Positions 45,145 to 56,123 of a stretch of DNA of 64,000 nt are shown in pieces; positions within the stretch are counted from its first letter, which is position 1, and the number at the start of each line of letters is the position of its first letter. A model generated the notes under the pieces. It worked only from the letters and a program-made list of their open reading frames with translations. It did not search any database and was not told the origin of the DNA. The stretch spans positions 24,550-88,549 of the forward strand of contig CALKDT010000030.1 of the NCBI GenBank assembly GCA_938084225.1. Reading direction: 5' to 3'. The translations under genes were made by a program, and so were the position numbers. The DNA is from an uncultured Pseudomonadales bacterium (GTDB lineage Bacteria; Pseudomonadota; Gammaproteobacteria; Pseudomonadales; Azotimanducaceae).

Positions 45145-45969
45145 TTACTCAGGCGGCACAACCACTCGCGACAAAACACCGTTCCAGTCAAATTCAGTAT
45201 CACCGATGACGTAGAAAAACGGATTTAGAATGTTGTCTTTTGTGTTATACCTCAGCGCTTTCAACTCGATATCTACCACTTTGCCACCCGCAGCTTCCAC
45301 CACTGCCTGCGCAGCCGCAGTATCCCATTCCGAGGTAGGCGCGAGCCTAGGATATAAATCCGCCGCTCCTTCCGCAATTAAGCAAAGTTTCAGCGAGCTC
45401 CCCATGTTAGCGGTGTCGATCGAGTCGAAATTTTTTCTAAGAACACTAAGGCACGCTTGTAGCGCTTCGCCACCGTGTCTGCGACTGGCAACGACAGTTA
45501 GTGAGGCGCGGTCCAGCTTTCTAACTTGAATTGGCCGGGTTTCCCCCCCCCGTGTCACCGTCGCCATCCCCTCGTGCTGATCACCCGTGTACATGACGTC
45601 TTTCACTGGAACGAACACAACCCCTGCCATCGGGACGCCTTTTTCTATCAGCGCAATATTGACGGTGAACTCACCATTGCGATTGATAAACTCCTTGGTA
45701 CCGTCCAGCGGATCAACCAGGAAATAACGGTCCCAAGAGGATCGCTCGGCAAAGCTAATGCCATCAGACTCCTCTGACAAAACGGGAATACCCGGCGCCT
45801 TCGCCTGCAGTCCGTCCACGATAATGTTGTGGGCGGCAAGATCTGCCCGCGTCAGAGGGGAGTCATCTAACTTAATTTGCACACCAAAATCTTCGTCACC
45901 GTAAACCTGCAGAATGGCGGCGCCCGCGTCGCGTGCAACGGCACACATTACCTTTATCAACTCAGTCAA
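45145..45969 (-). CDS. cysQ: 3'(2'),5'-bisphosphate nucleotidase CysQ
   Basis: Inositol-monophosphatase-family motifs FLVDPLDGTKEF and WDTAAAQAVVEAAGG, and CysQ-like length. The track start at 45969 is TTG. The ATG at 45948 has an AAGG SD and may be the true start. Confidence 0.85.
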   Translation of the reverse strand: MTELIKVMCAVARDAGAAILQVYGDEDFGVQIKLDDSPLTRADLAAHNIIVDGLQAKAPGIPVLSEESDGISFAERSSWDRYFLVDPLDGTKEFINRNGEFTVNIALIEKGVPMAGVVFVPVKDVMYTGDQHEGMATVTRGGETRPIQVRKLDRASLTVVASRRHGGEALQACLSVLRKNFDSIDTANMGSSLKLCLIAEGAADLYPRLAPTSEWDTAAAQAVVEAAGGKVVDIELKALRYNTKDNILNPFFYVIGDTEFDWNGVLSRVVVPPE

Positions 45970-46091
45970 AATTGCATACTCATTGTCATTGAGGGTGGAT
46001 TGAACAATATACGAGAATCAATCTCAACTGGGATAGAATGAACGCGGTTTATACTAGAGCCGCTGAGGGCTCTAATACGACAAGGATTCAC

Positions 46092-46472
46092 ATGACGGGT
46101 GTCAGACTAGACAAGTGGCTTTGGGCAGCTCGATTTTTTAAAACGAGGGCAAAATCCAAGGAAGCAATCGACGGGGGCAAGATCCACCTGGGTGGGCACC
46201 GGTGCAAACCCAGTAAAGAGGTCGTCGCCGGGGACATATTAAACATTACCCAGGGTTTTGATGAAAAAATCATCATAGTGCAACAAGTTTCGGAGAAACG
46301 AGGGTCTGCGACCATTGCCCAGGGCTTGTATGAAGAAACCGCCGAAAGTGAGACAAAGAGATTACTTTTAACGGAACAACGAAAAGCTGCTGGTGCTCAT
46401 ATTATGTCTGAGGGTCGACCCACAAAGAAAAACCGGCGCCTGATTCACCAGTTCCGTGATAAAAACCGGTAG
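46092..46472 (+). CDS. hslR: Ribosome-associated heat shock protein Hsp15 (S4 domain)
   Basis: The ATG at 46092 (AAGGA SD) gives MTGVRLDKWLWAARFFKTRA..., with LYEETAESE and a basic tail. It matches E. coli HslR closely by eye. Confidence 0.8.
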   Translation: MTGVRLDKWLWAARFFKTRAKSKEAIDGGKIHLGGHRCKPSKEVVAGDILNITQGFDEKIIIVQQVSEKRGSATIAQGLYEETAESETKRLLLTEQRKAAGAHIMSEGRPTKKNRRLIHQFRDKNR

Positions 46473-46822
46473 TGAACAAATGAGAACCGGAATATGACAA
46501 ATTCCTACAGAAACGGTAAACGACATTCCCCACAACCCTTCAGATTTGGCATAATCGCGACATCTCTCACAGGCATCATAAATCTTGGAACCACAACCTA
46601 GCGACTTTGGCCAAAAAGGCTTTGAAACGCCCACCGACATTGCAATCGGAGCATTGGTATTCCCGACCCGTCTCCGAGCTTGTCGTCACCCACGGAACCC
46701 ATCATGATGTTCCTGACGAAGTCGAGTAGAGCAGTCGCGCACAAACCCATCGAAAGCTCTGGAAGCTCAAAGTCAATGATGGCATCACTAATCCCAGTTC
46801 TAAGCTAAACTAAACTCATAAA

Positions 46823-48415
46823 ATGCAGTCGATACATTTACCATTAAGTTCAGCACTAAAAAAAGCCAGCAAGCTGAATCCAAGCCTGCTCGTTTTTAAT
46901 CACGGTATCGAAAGAGAAGCGCTTCGGGTGACATCTCAGGGCAACCTTGCGACAACTCCCCACCCTGATTTTCTTGGTGGCAAACTGACCCACCCCAAGG
47001 TGACCACCGATTTCTCAGAATCCCAGCTCGAGCTCATCACCCCCGTGCACCAGTCACCTGCAGCGGCACTGAATGAACTAGACGAGGTGCATCGATATAT
47101 TTACTCAGGGCTACAGGACGAATTACTTTGGTCCGCCAGCATGCCGTGTCTCCTTAAAGCCGATGATGATATTCCTCTGGCGTATTACGGCGAGTCCAAT
47201 CTAGGCAAACTGAAGAAAACGTATCGCAGTGGTCTGGGATATCGCTATGGTCGTGGGATGCAAACCATCTGCGCAGTTCATTACAACTTTTCTTTCCCGG
47301 ACAACTTTCTGGATTGGTTACATACCGCCGAGCAATCGACGGAGACTATCGCTGCATTTCGTAATCGGCGGTATTTCGACCTGATGCGGAATTTCAGGCG
47401 CTACTCATGGTTACTGACCTACCTTTTCGGCGCATCTCCTGCGGTCTGCAATTCCTTCCTGAAAGGGAAACAGCATTCACTGCTACCTTTCGACGAAGCG
47501 ACTGCTTTCCTGCCAAACGCCACTTCTCTTAGAAGCGGCAACCTGGGTTACCAAAGTAATACTCAGACAGAGAACATGGAGATCTGTTACAACGGCCTTG
47601 AAAACTACGTATCAACACTGGCCAATGCAATCTGTACTGAACACGCACCGTATCAAGACATCGGCCTACAGGTTGATCACGAGTACCGACAGGTCAACAC
47701 CAACATACTGCAGTCCGAAGCGGAGTTTTATTCATCCATTAGGGCGAAACGGGTACCGGGTAAAGGTGAGAATTTTCTGGCCTGTCTGTTAGACCAAGGG
47801 GTCCAGTATATCGAAGTGCGGTTGCTCGACGTCAATCCATATCTGCCACTTGGCATTGATGAGCAACAAATTAAATTTTTGGATTCATTCCTTCTTTTTT
47901 GCCTGTTATCCGACAGCCCTGAGCACGACGATCAACTCTGTCGTGAGGTCATTGAAAATAGTGCTGCAACCGTTTATCAAGGACGTGACCCCGAGCTATC
48001 GCTAATTGACCAGGGCCAAAGCATTTCTCTGCGCGAGTGGGGTAGCACGATAATGTCGAACATTGCAGAGTCTGCGGCGCTCTTAGATACAGATACCTCT
48101 CACTCGCACCAGGAAAGCGTCACAGCCCAAGTTGCCCGCCTGCAAAACCCGGCGCTCACGCCAAGCGGTTCAATCCTGCGCGATATGCAAACTAACCAGG
48201 TTCCCTTCTTCAGGTTCGCCATGGATAAAACGCTCGAGCATGAGCGCTATTTCAAATCTCAGCCATTTACAAAAGAATTAAAAGACAAATACGAAACACT
48301 CGCCCAGAAGTCCATCAAAGACCAAGCCGCGATTAAGGCTTCAGACACGCTGAGCTTCGACGAGTATCTTCTGACGATCGCCCAGGAATACAAACCCCTA
48401 GCGGGTGGTCGGTGA
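46823..48415 (+). CDS. gshA: Glutamate--cysteine ligase (type 1)
   Basis: 530 aa with GIEREALRV, TTDFSESQLELITP, HYNFS and YIEVRLLDVNP, which are typical GshA motifs. Confidence 0.9.
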   Translation: MQSIHLPLSSALKKASKLNPSLLVFNHGIEREALRVTSQGNLATTPHPDFLGGKLTHPKVTTDFSESQLELITPVHQSPAAALNELDEVHRYIYSGLQDELLWSASMPCLLKADDDIPLAYYGESNLGKLKKTYRSGLGYRYGRGMQTICAVHYNFSFPDNFLDWLHTAEQSTETIAAFRNRRYFDLMRNFRRYSWLLTYLFGASPAVCNSFLKGKQHSLLPFDEATAFLPNATSLRSGNLGYQSNTQTENMEICYNGLENYVSTLANAICTEHAPYQDIGLQVDHEYRQVNTNILQSEAEFYSSIRAKRVPGKGENFLACLLDQGVQYIEVRLLDVNPYLPLGIDEQQIKFLDSFLLFCLLSDSPEHDDQLCREVIENSAATVYQGRDPELSLIDQGQSISLREWGSTIMSNIAESAALLDTDTSHSHQESVTAQVARLQNPALTPSGSILRDMQTNQVPFFRFAMDKTLEHERYFKSQPFTKELKDKYETLAQKSIKDQAAIKASDTLSFDEYLLTIAQEYKPLAGGR

Positions 48416-48996
48416 ATCACCTGGCTCATTTCGCCCTGGCTGGTCCAGAAACCGGCCTGTTGGTGGGAGGCTTCCTTGGCGACTATATTAAAGGACGCCT
48501 AGAAAACCGGTTCAGCCCCGATATTGAGAGGGGAATTCGGCTCCATCGGGCGATCGACCGTTACACAGATTCACATCTCGTTGTAAAACACAGTTACACA
48601 CGATTAGATCCCAGATTCCGCCGATACGCCGGCATCATCACGGATATAGCCTATGATCACTTGCTGGCGCAAGACTGGCATCAATATTACAAAGAGCCAC
48701 TTGAGTCCTATTCTGCTAGCACCCTTGAAAAATTGTTAGCTCACAAAGACATGCTACCGATCGCCGCAAGACAGGACGCGTCGCGAATGCAAGAACACAA
48801 TTCATTGGCACACTATGGCCGGCTAGATTTCTTGCAACGATCACTCACCTATCTCTCAGGAAGACTAAAACACGCAAACCCTCTTATAGAGGCCTATACA
48901 CAATGTGTAGAGGAACTTCCCAATCTTCAGCAGGACCTCTCTGTTTTTTACCCAGAGCTGATGGAGTTTTGTGATAACTGGAAACAATTACATTAG
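48412..48996 (+). CDS. acpH: Acyl carrier protein phosphodiesterase
   Basis: 194 aa. The GTG start overlaps the gshA stop (GTGA). The N-terminus NHLAHFALA...GDYIKG...HRAIDRYTD resembles AcpH. Confidence 0.75.
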   Translation: MNHLAHFALAGPETGLLVGGFLGDYIKGRLENRFSPDIERGIRLHRAIDRYTDSHLVVKHSYTRLDPRFRRYAGIITDIAYDHLLAQDWHQYYKEPLESYSASTLEKLLAHKDMLPIAARQDASRMQEHNSLAHYGRLDFLQRSLTYLSGRLKHANPLIEAYTQCVEELPNLQQDLSVFYPELMEFCDNWKQLH

Positions 48997-49111
48997 ATAA
49001 TGGGAGCGCTGTAGAAGAGGGTTTTCCCGTAGCCAGCGGTCTAAGACATAGATTTACCGGCGCCGTCATAAACGATCCGAATAGCACCAACAGCCAAGGA
49101 ATGAGAAACTG

Positions 49112-49618
49112 ATGTCTGAATACATACCTAGTACACGGAACCTGAACTGGATAATAGGTTTCGGCTGCATGTTCCTTATAGGGGTCGCTCTCTATATGGA
49201 ACATATGATGCACTTAGAACCCTGCCCGCTCTGTATATTCCAGCGAGTGGCCGTGATCACAGCCGGATTGATCGCCATCGTGGCTGCTCTGCACAACCCC
49301 CAACGGGTCGGCATCAAAGTTTACAGCCTGATGGTAGTGATGGCTTCTACTATTGGTGGCGCGCTCGCAATCCGACAACTCCATCTTCAAAGCCTGCCGG
49401 AGGACCAAGTACCTTCTTGTGGACCAGGGCTCGATTATCTGCTGGATGTGTTTCCTATGCAGGACGTGATTCAAATGGTTCTGGTCGGTGATGGCAGTTG
49501 CGCTGAAGTTGCTTGGTCGCTCCTTGGCATCAGCATTCCAGGCTGGGCGCTGGTCGGTTTTATTGGGCTGGTTACGCTAGGGCTATTCCAGGCTTTCAGG
49601 GACAGCGAGCACCAGTAA
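49112..49618 (+). CDS. dsbB: Disulfide bond formation protein B
   Basis: 168 aa with four TM segments, CPLCIFQR (first Cys pair) and SCG...GSC (second periplasmic loop). Confidence 0.85.
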   Translation: MSEYIPSTRNLNWIIGFGCMFLIGVALYMEHMMHLEPCPLCIFQRVAVITAGLIAIVAALHNPQRVGIKVYSLMVVMASTIGGALAIRQLHLQSLPEDQVPSCGPGLDYLLDVFPMQDVIQMVLVGDGSCAEVAWSLLGISIPGWALVGFIGLVTLGLFQAFRDSEHQ

Positions 49619-49918
49619 TACCGACTCGTTTACGGGCCGAAAGTAACTCCAAGGGCCTTTTCTTGGTCGATTGTCTGCCAGGATTGAGCGAGCAGTGCCA
49701 TCCTTTTCTGCACCTTTTACTGCTTAGACATACCCGCTGGCACGCCCATTGATTCCGAACCCTCCGACGGTCCTGCCTTGGTGTAATGCTATAAGTTGCA
49801 CCCTTTTATAAAAAGAGGATCAATGCATGCGATACTCCCCAATCCACCCATCAATTTAAGCAAAGCATTCCTCGTCAGGCATCCGCTTTAAAAAAAGGCC
49901 AAAAATTCCCGTACCCCT

Positions 49919-51811
49919 ATGTTAACGCTAACTAATGTATCCCTAAGGCGAGGCCCAGACCCGCTATTTACAGCCGCCAGCTTCACAATTCATCGTGGTA
50001 ACAAAGTGGGGCTGATCGGCGCGAATGGTAGCGGTAAATCCAGCCTTTTCGAGGCCATTCTAGGAACCCTGGAATCTGATGTTGGCCAGATCGACTTACC
50101 GGCAGAAACCCGAATCTCTCATATGGCACAGGAAGTCATCGGTAGCACTCAACCCGCGATTGATTATGTGCTTTCGGGTGACCTGCGCTATGTAGAGATT
50201 ACAGCGCAACTTGCCCAGGCCGAGCTAGACGAAACTTTCGAAAAAATTGCTGGCTTGCATGAACAGCTGGACACCATTGACGGGTACACGGCCCGTGCTC
50301 GCGCAGAGCAACTCATGGTCGGTCTTGGTTTTTCATCACCCGAGTTTACGCGGCCTCTTTCCAGCTTTTCAGGAGGATGGCGAATTCGCCTTAATCTTGC
50401 ACAAACGCTGATGACCCCCTCTGACCTGCTGTTACTCGACGAACCGACCAACCACCTAGACCTGGATGCCATCATCTGGTTGTCAGAATGGATTAAAAAT
50501 TTCCAGGGAACCCTGCTGCTCATATCTCATGACCGGGAATTCCTTGATGAATGCATCAATCACATTGCCTATCTTCATCACCAGACAATTGAAGTATTCA
50601 CGGGCAACTATTCCGCCTTTGAGAAAATCAAGGCAGCGCGGCTAGCGCTTCAGCAAAGCAGCTACGAAAAACAACAGCGCGAGATCGCGCACATGCAGGA
50701 TTTCGTTAGGCGCTTTCGCGCAAAAGCCACAAAGGCAAGGCAGGCGCAGAGTCGAATTAAGGCCCTGGAGAGACTGGAACTGATCGCTCCGGCGCATATC
50801 GACTCACCCTTCTCATTCGAGATAACGGCACAGGAAAAAGCTTCGACGCCATTACTGACGCTGGTAGATGCGAACCTGGGATACGAGCACGCGGTTCTAA
50901 AGAACGTCAATCTTAGCTTTCTACCGGGCGATCGATACGGTTTGCTTGGGGTTAATGGCGCCGGGAAGAGTACGCTGATCAAGACATTGAACATGGAGCT
51001 ACCACTAATAAGTGGTTACGAGACCGAGGGTACTAACCTCAACACTGCCTACTTTTCACAGCACCAACTCGATGAGCTGGACCTTTCCAGCAGCGCAGTC
51101 GAGCACCTGATTGAACTTGGAAGAAAACTCGGCGCAGTGCCCGGGGAACAAGAAACACGAAACTTCCTGGGTGGATTTAACTTCCACGGAGATAAGGTAC
51201 TGGAACCCGTTGGGATCTTCTCCGGTGGCGAGAAAGCTCGACTCGCGCTCGCGCTAATTGCATGGACCAAACCCAACCTGCTACTAATGGATGAACCAAC
51301 AAACCATCTTGATATTGAAATGCGCCAGGCACTCACCGTGGCATTGCAGGCGTTCGCCGGTGCGTTGATCCTGGTCTCCCACGATCGTCACCTAATGGCT
51401 AATGCTGTGGATCAATTCCTGTTGGTTGAAAATGGTTGCGTCAGCATCTTTCCCGGAGATCTCTCGGACTACCGAACCAGAGCATTACCCGGCAAGGCAA
51501 CAGACACACAAACTTCAGACGTTGGCGTTGAAACAGCATCGGCAAAAACAGTCACAAGACCAGGTAAGGAGATCCGGCAACTCAAAACACGGCTGAATAC
51601 GCTTGATGGCAGGATGGAACGCCTCCAACGAAAGCTAGCTGAAGTAGAGCAGCGGCTCTCTGACCCAGCGATCTACCAAAACGGTGACGGCCACGAAAAG
51701 CAGCAGGTAGACCTTCAATCGATGCTTAGAGACCAGGAGGAACTCAAAGAACAGTTAGAAGCCATTGAGAGCGAATGGCTTAATGTCAGCACTGAACTCG
51801 AGTCTATTTAG
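49919..51811 (+). CDS. ABC-F family ATPase (YheS-like), no membrane domain
   Basis: 630 aa with two ABC cassettes (GANGSGKSS / LSGGWRIRL / LLLDEPTNHLD, and GVNGAGKST / FSGGEKARLAL / LLMDEPTNHLD), a linker and a C-terminal coiled coil. Confidence 0.9.
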   Translation: MLTLTNVSLRRGPDPLFTAASFTIHRGNKVGLIGANGSGKSSLFEAILGTLESDVGQIDLPAETRISHMAQEVIGSTQPAIDYVLSGDLRYVEITAQLAQAELDETFEKIAGLHEQLDTIDGYTARARAEQLMVGLGFSSPEFTRPLSSFSGGWRIRLNLAQTLMTPSDLLLLDEPTNHLDLDAIIWLSEWIKNFQGTLLLISHDREFLDECINHIAYLHHQTIEVFTGNYSAFEKIKAARLALQQSSYEKQQREIAHMQDFVRRFRAKATKARQAQSRIKALERLELIAPAHIDSPFSFEITAQEKASTPLLTLVDANLGYEHAVLKNVNLSFLPGDRYGLLGVNGAGKSTLIKTLNMELPLISGYETEGTNLNTAYFSQHQLDELDLSSSAVEHLIELGRKLGAVPGEQETRNFLGGFNFHGDKVLEPVGIFSGGEKARLALALIAWTKPNLLLMDEPTNHLDIEMRQALTVALQAFAGALILVSHDRHLMANAVDQFLLVENGCVSIFPGDLSDYRTRALPGKATDTQTSDVGVETASAKTVTRPGKEIRQLKTRLNTLDGRMERLQRKLAEVEQRLSDPAIYQNGDGHEKQQVDLQSMLRDQEELKEQLEAIESEWLNVSTELESI

Positions 51812-51827
51812 ACTGCCCGCAGCACAA

Positions 51828-53093
51828 CTACACCTGGATTTCCTGGTTAGGACCAGCTTCTTCCTCAACAATACTTCGTCCTAGCGCGGGGAACACGGGA
51901 ATATCCTTGTCGTCCGGCATCGGCATAAATTTCTTTCTTGCTAACGCTGCATCGATATAGGGTGCTAGCTCCGCGGCTTTTCTAGCCTCACGCTCAGTTT
52001 CTCTTACCTTAAATTCGGGCATTACTTCACTGGCAAACAGTTCCAGTGACTCACAGATATGTTCGTGCTTGTTCATCCCGGCCTGCTGAATAAACGTCAC
52101 CTGATCCACACCAACCTCCTCAAATTTCTTGAGGTGAGCTCTCATATCATCAGGCGTTCCGATTCCACCTCTGGCACCCGTGAGAGATTCCGTGATGTCT
52201 ACAGGCATTTCCGCCAACTGTTTATCGCGAACTTCTCTGAACTGCTCAAAAAGGTTTGTACGTCCTGGTTTGTGCTCGCCAAAGCCGTACAAAGCACCAA
52301 GTGCGTATCCGAAGAACTCAAACCCTTCCAGTCCACGGTTAACGGCTTCTTCGCGGTCCTGATGCAGTGAAAAGCTGGTGACCATTGCGACATTGGCATT
52401 CACCGTATGGCCAATCGGCACACATTCATCGCTTTTAATGATGCTGTAGTACTCATCGACCCAGTGCTTTGCCTCCAGCGGATCAACAAAAGCGAAGGTC
52501 AGCGCGCCTATGCCCAGTCTTGCAGCCATTTTGATGGTTTCTCTGTTTGAGCAGGCAACCCAGAGTGGTGGATGGGGTCGCTGAACTGGCTTAGGGACAA
52601 TGTTTCTGCATGGCATACTAAAATACTTACCTTCAAACCCCGGGTAGGGGTCCATGGCCAACATGTTGCAAATTTGCTCAACCGCTTCAAGGTACTGCTC
52701 ACGCTTTGATTCAACTGGAATATCGAAGCCACCAAGTTCTAATATTGCCGATGACTCACCAGTGCCAAACTCAACCCGCCCGTTGGAAACCAGATCCAAG
52801 GTCGCAATACATTCAGCGGTTCGAGCCGGATGGTTGTAGTTCGAGATCACCTGCCTTATACCGTGGCCAAGACGAATATTTTTTGTTCGCTGTGACGCTG
52901 CAGCCAGAAAAATTTCAGGCGAAGACGAGTGTGAATACTCTTCCAAAAAATGATGTTCAACCTCCCAAGCGAAATCAATGCCTAGTTTGTCCGCTAGCTC
53001 AACCTGATCCAGCGCGTCTTGGAATAGCTGCTGCTCCAGGCCTTCTTTCCAAGGCTTTGGTAACTGGTGTTCATAGAAAATTCCAAATTTCAT
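51828..53093 (-). CDS. LLM-class flavin-dependent oxidoreductase (luciferase-like monooxygenase)
   Basis: 421 aa with MKFGIFYEHQLP, FAWEVEHHF and RLGHGI, typical of luciferase-like monooxygenases. Confidence 0.85.
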   Translation of the reverse strand: MKFGIFYEHQLPKPWKEGLEQQLFQDALDQVELADKLGIDFAWEVEHHFLEEYSHSSSPEIFLAAASQRTKNIRLGHGIRQVISNYNHPARTAECIATLDLVSNGRVEFGTGESSAILELGGFDIPVESKREQYLEAVEQICNMLAMDPYPGFEGKYFSMPCRNIVPKPVQRPHPPLWVACSNRETIKMAARLGIGALTFAFVDPLEAKHWVDEYYSIIKSDECVPIGHTVNANVAMVTSFSLHQDREEAVNRGLEGFEFFGYALGALYGFGEHKPGRTNLFEQFREVRDKQLAEMPVDITESLTGARGGIGTPDDMRAHLKKFEEVGVDQVTFIQQAGMNKHEHICESLELFASEVMPEFKVRETEREARKAAELAPYIDAALARKKFMPMPDDKDIPVFPALGRSIVEEEAGPNQEIQV

Positions 53094-53105
53094 ATTTGTT
53101 CTCTC

Positions 53106-54122
53106 TTAAGCCACAAGCGCTTGGAATTGTTCAAATAATGACTGACCGTCTTTGCCCCCAAGAACTGCTTCCTTCATTGCGGCCATACTGAGCGGTCTTT
53201 GAGCCTCATGCATTTCAACTGCATGCCAGTGCACCATTTTTTCCCAAACCGGATCCAGAATTTCTGCACCGGAAATTTCAGCGCCACCTACCGCCTTGAT
53301 TGTAAAGCTTCTGAACTCCGAGATAGCCGCGCGCAGCCACGCTACGTGCACAGATTCGTCGAGTCTAATTCGGTTTATCAACTCCACCGCGTGGGCCGCC
53401 TCCTTCGGTTTGTCGATGAAAGTGTCAGCTGACGCTATAACGCGTTCATAGAAATCAAATGCTCGCTCTGCCCTGACTTCTATCATCAGTAGATTCATAA
53501 GAAAAGAGATCAGCATCTCGTGTTCAGCAGGAAGCGCAAGCATTTCTCGTTCAGCTTTCTCACGGCCAATGCTTGCGGGTGCCGCGGGTATCGGGAATTT
53601 TTCTTTTCCAAAAACAAGATCCCGTGCCGCAAACCACATCGTATCGTGACCACCAATACCGGAATCAGGAACACCGCCTTCATCCCATCCGTGAGTTGTC
53701 AGTAGCCCTTTGTTCAAATGGGCCAGCGCCGTTGAAGATATGTCCTCAACGATGATCATTTGAAAGTCCGGCGCCTGGAGTTCTGCCAGTGCTTTGCCAC
53801 GGGCCTCGATCAGGCCCGTGATGGTGAGCGAGTCCCAAAAGGACTGCTCAATCCCATGTTTCAACAACAAAACCTGTTGGGGGACGTTCGGAAAGTTGGG
53901 TTCAGTCAGCAACGTGGTAGATGCTTCGACAATAGGAACTCCACGACCCTCGAGCTGTTTGTGCCAGTTGTTGATCGCATCCCATCGATGCTTGGTGCGT
54001 GGTGATAGATAATGACCATCTGGATCGAAGCCACCATGTAGTTTCTGGCCGCACTCTACATGCAGTGTTTGATAGTCGTGATCAGCTTCTATTTCTTGCT
54101 TGCTGTATTTCACCTTGTTCAT
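53106..54122 (-). CDS. Conserved-looking hypothetical protein, possibly a helical metal-binding (ferritin-like) enzyme
   Basis: 338-aa ORF wedged between the TetR and LLM genes (12-nt gaps). It is helix-rich and contains IEVRAE followed about 38 aa later by DESVH (ExxH). I recognised no family with confidence. Confidence 0.55.
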   Translation of the reverse strand: MNKVKYSKQEIEADHDYQTLHVECGQKLHGGFDPDGHYLSPRTKHRWDAINNWHKQLEGRGVPIVEASTTLLTEPNFPNVPQQVLLLKHGIEQSFWDSLTITGLIEARGKALAELQAPDFQMIIVEDISSTALAHLNKGLLTTHGWDEGGVPDSGIGGHDTMWFAARDLVFGKEKFPIPAAPASIGREKAEREMLALPAEHEMLISFLMNLLMIEVRAERAFDFYERVIASADTFIDKPKEAAHAVELINRIRLDESVHVAWLRAAISEFRSFTIKAVGGAEISGAEILDPVWEKMVHWHAVEMHEAQRPLSMAAMKEAVLGGKDGQSLFEQFQALVA

Positions 54123-54134
54123 TAAAACCTCCCG

Positions 54135-54761
54135 TTATCCGTTGCCTAAGCCTCGATCAATAAACCTGCTTAGGTCTTCGATCATTTTCTCTCTGTTCAG
54201 GTCTGTCCTGCTAGCGTAGGTCATCGCGTGACGCAGGAAACCGCAAAGCCCGTGGCTAATTAGCTCAAGATCAAACTCATCTTGTTGGCCACCTGTGGAA
54301 CCAATCATCTGATTGTTCCTGACCGTAATGCTCACCAGATGACCCAACCGGTCATACATTCCCCAGGCATTATCGTCCCGTGGCGCTATAAACGCTGGAT
54401 CAAGAAACGCTGCTTGCAACAGCCCAGGGTGTTCTGCTCCAAAGTCCACAACGGCGCCGCATGTTACTCGCCACCGTGCACGGGACTCGCTGATGTGCTG
54501 AAGGCGATCGCTCAGCACTGCTAGTAATTCGTTCTGTGCCTGCGCTGCAAAATCAAGGAACGCCTGCTGCTTGTCAGCGAAATGCAGATAAAAAGTGCCA
54601 TTAGCGACGCCAGCTCGGCGCGCTATGTCCTGCGGCCTTGTCTCGTGGTATCCAAGCTCAACAAATAATCCCCGGGCAGCTACCCTCAGTCGGTCCAGAG
54701 TCGCAAGTTTTGACACGGGCTGTTTCTCTTCGTTCTTTTTTTTAACCGGGATAGTTGACAT
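54135..54761 (-). CDS. TetR/AcrR family transcriptional regulator
   Basis: N-terminal HTH (LRVAARGLFVELGYHETRPQDIARRAGVANGTFYLHFADK). The start is the ATG at 54761, with a GTG one codon upstream at 54764. Confidence 0.85.
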   Translation of the reverse strand: MSTIPVKKKNEEKQPVSKLATLDRLRVAARGLFVELGYHETRPQDIARRAGVANGTFYLHFADKQQAFLDFAAQAQNELLAVLSDRLQHISESRARWRVTCGAVVDFGAEHPGLLQAAFLDPAFIAPRDDNAWGMYDRLGHLVSITVRNNQMIGSTGGQQDEFDLELISHGLCGFLRHAMTYASRTDLNREKMIEDLSRFIDRGLGNG

Positions 54762-54766
54762 CACAA

Positions 54767-54779
54767 TGACAATTTGTCA
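54767..54779. promoter_or_regulatory. Perfect 13-bp palindrome TGACAATTTGTCA (copy 1), candidate TetR operator
   Basis: Read directly. It lies 3-6 nt upstream of the TetR start codon. Confidence 0.45.
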
Positions 54780-54804
54780 GCGAACGATGAGTGTAAACTG
54801 CTAC

Positions 54805-54817
54805 TGACAATTTGTCA
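54805..54817. promoter_or_regulatory. Perfect 13-bp palindrome TGACAATTTGTCA (copy 2), candidate TetR operator
   Basis: An identical copy, 38 bp centre-to-centre from copy 1, in the spacer between the TetR operon and hemB. Confidence 0.45.
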
Positions 54818-54862
54818 TACCTTGCTGTATTTATAGGTATACTCCCGGCCAAAAGAGAATAA

Positions 54863-55894
<1,032 letters not shown>

Positions 55895-56123
55895 CTTTCT
55901 AGGGTCATCCATCAAGCTCGTTAAGCAACCATCAAGATCGGCCCACAACGTGACTTGATTCAACAGCGCGGGACTTGCCAATAGAGTTCGGATCGCCAGA
56001 GCCCAGCAAACCCGCCTGGGTAACCTCATCGTGATTTCACATAGATTATTCGTTGTGAATTCATGGTTAGCGGCTTAGGATTAACTCCTTGAACGACCTA
56101 ACCTTTTTTCGGAGATAGTAACA

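Noticed and set aside
44971-45228. 85-aa ORF starting 17 bp after the LexA box, a possible SOS-induced gene
   Set aside because: Its last 84 nt run antisense through the cysQ 3' end. The sequence has no recognisable fold or hydrophobic toxin-like segment, and the SD is weak. It is kept only as a possibility under the LexA finding and is not called as a CDS.
46368-46640. 90-aa Cys-containing minus-strand ORF, plus a neighbouring 50-aa frame at 46641-46800
   Set aside because: It overlaps the hslR 3' end antisense by 105 nt. The two frames do not join into a recognisable protein and show no motif. It is probably a shadow ORF in the hslR-gshA spacer.
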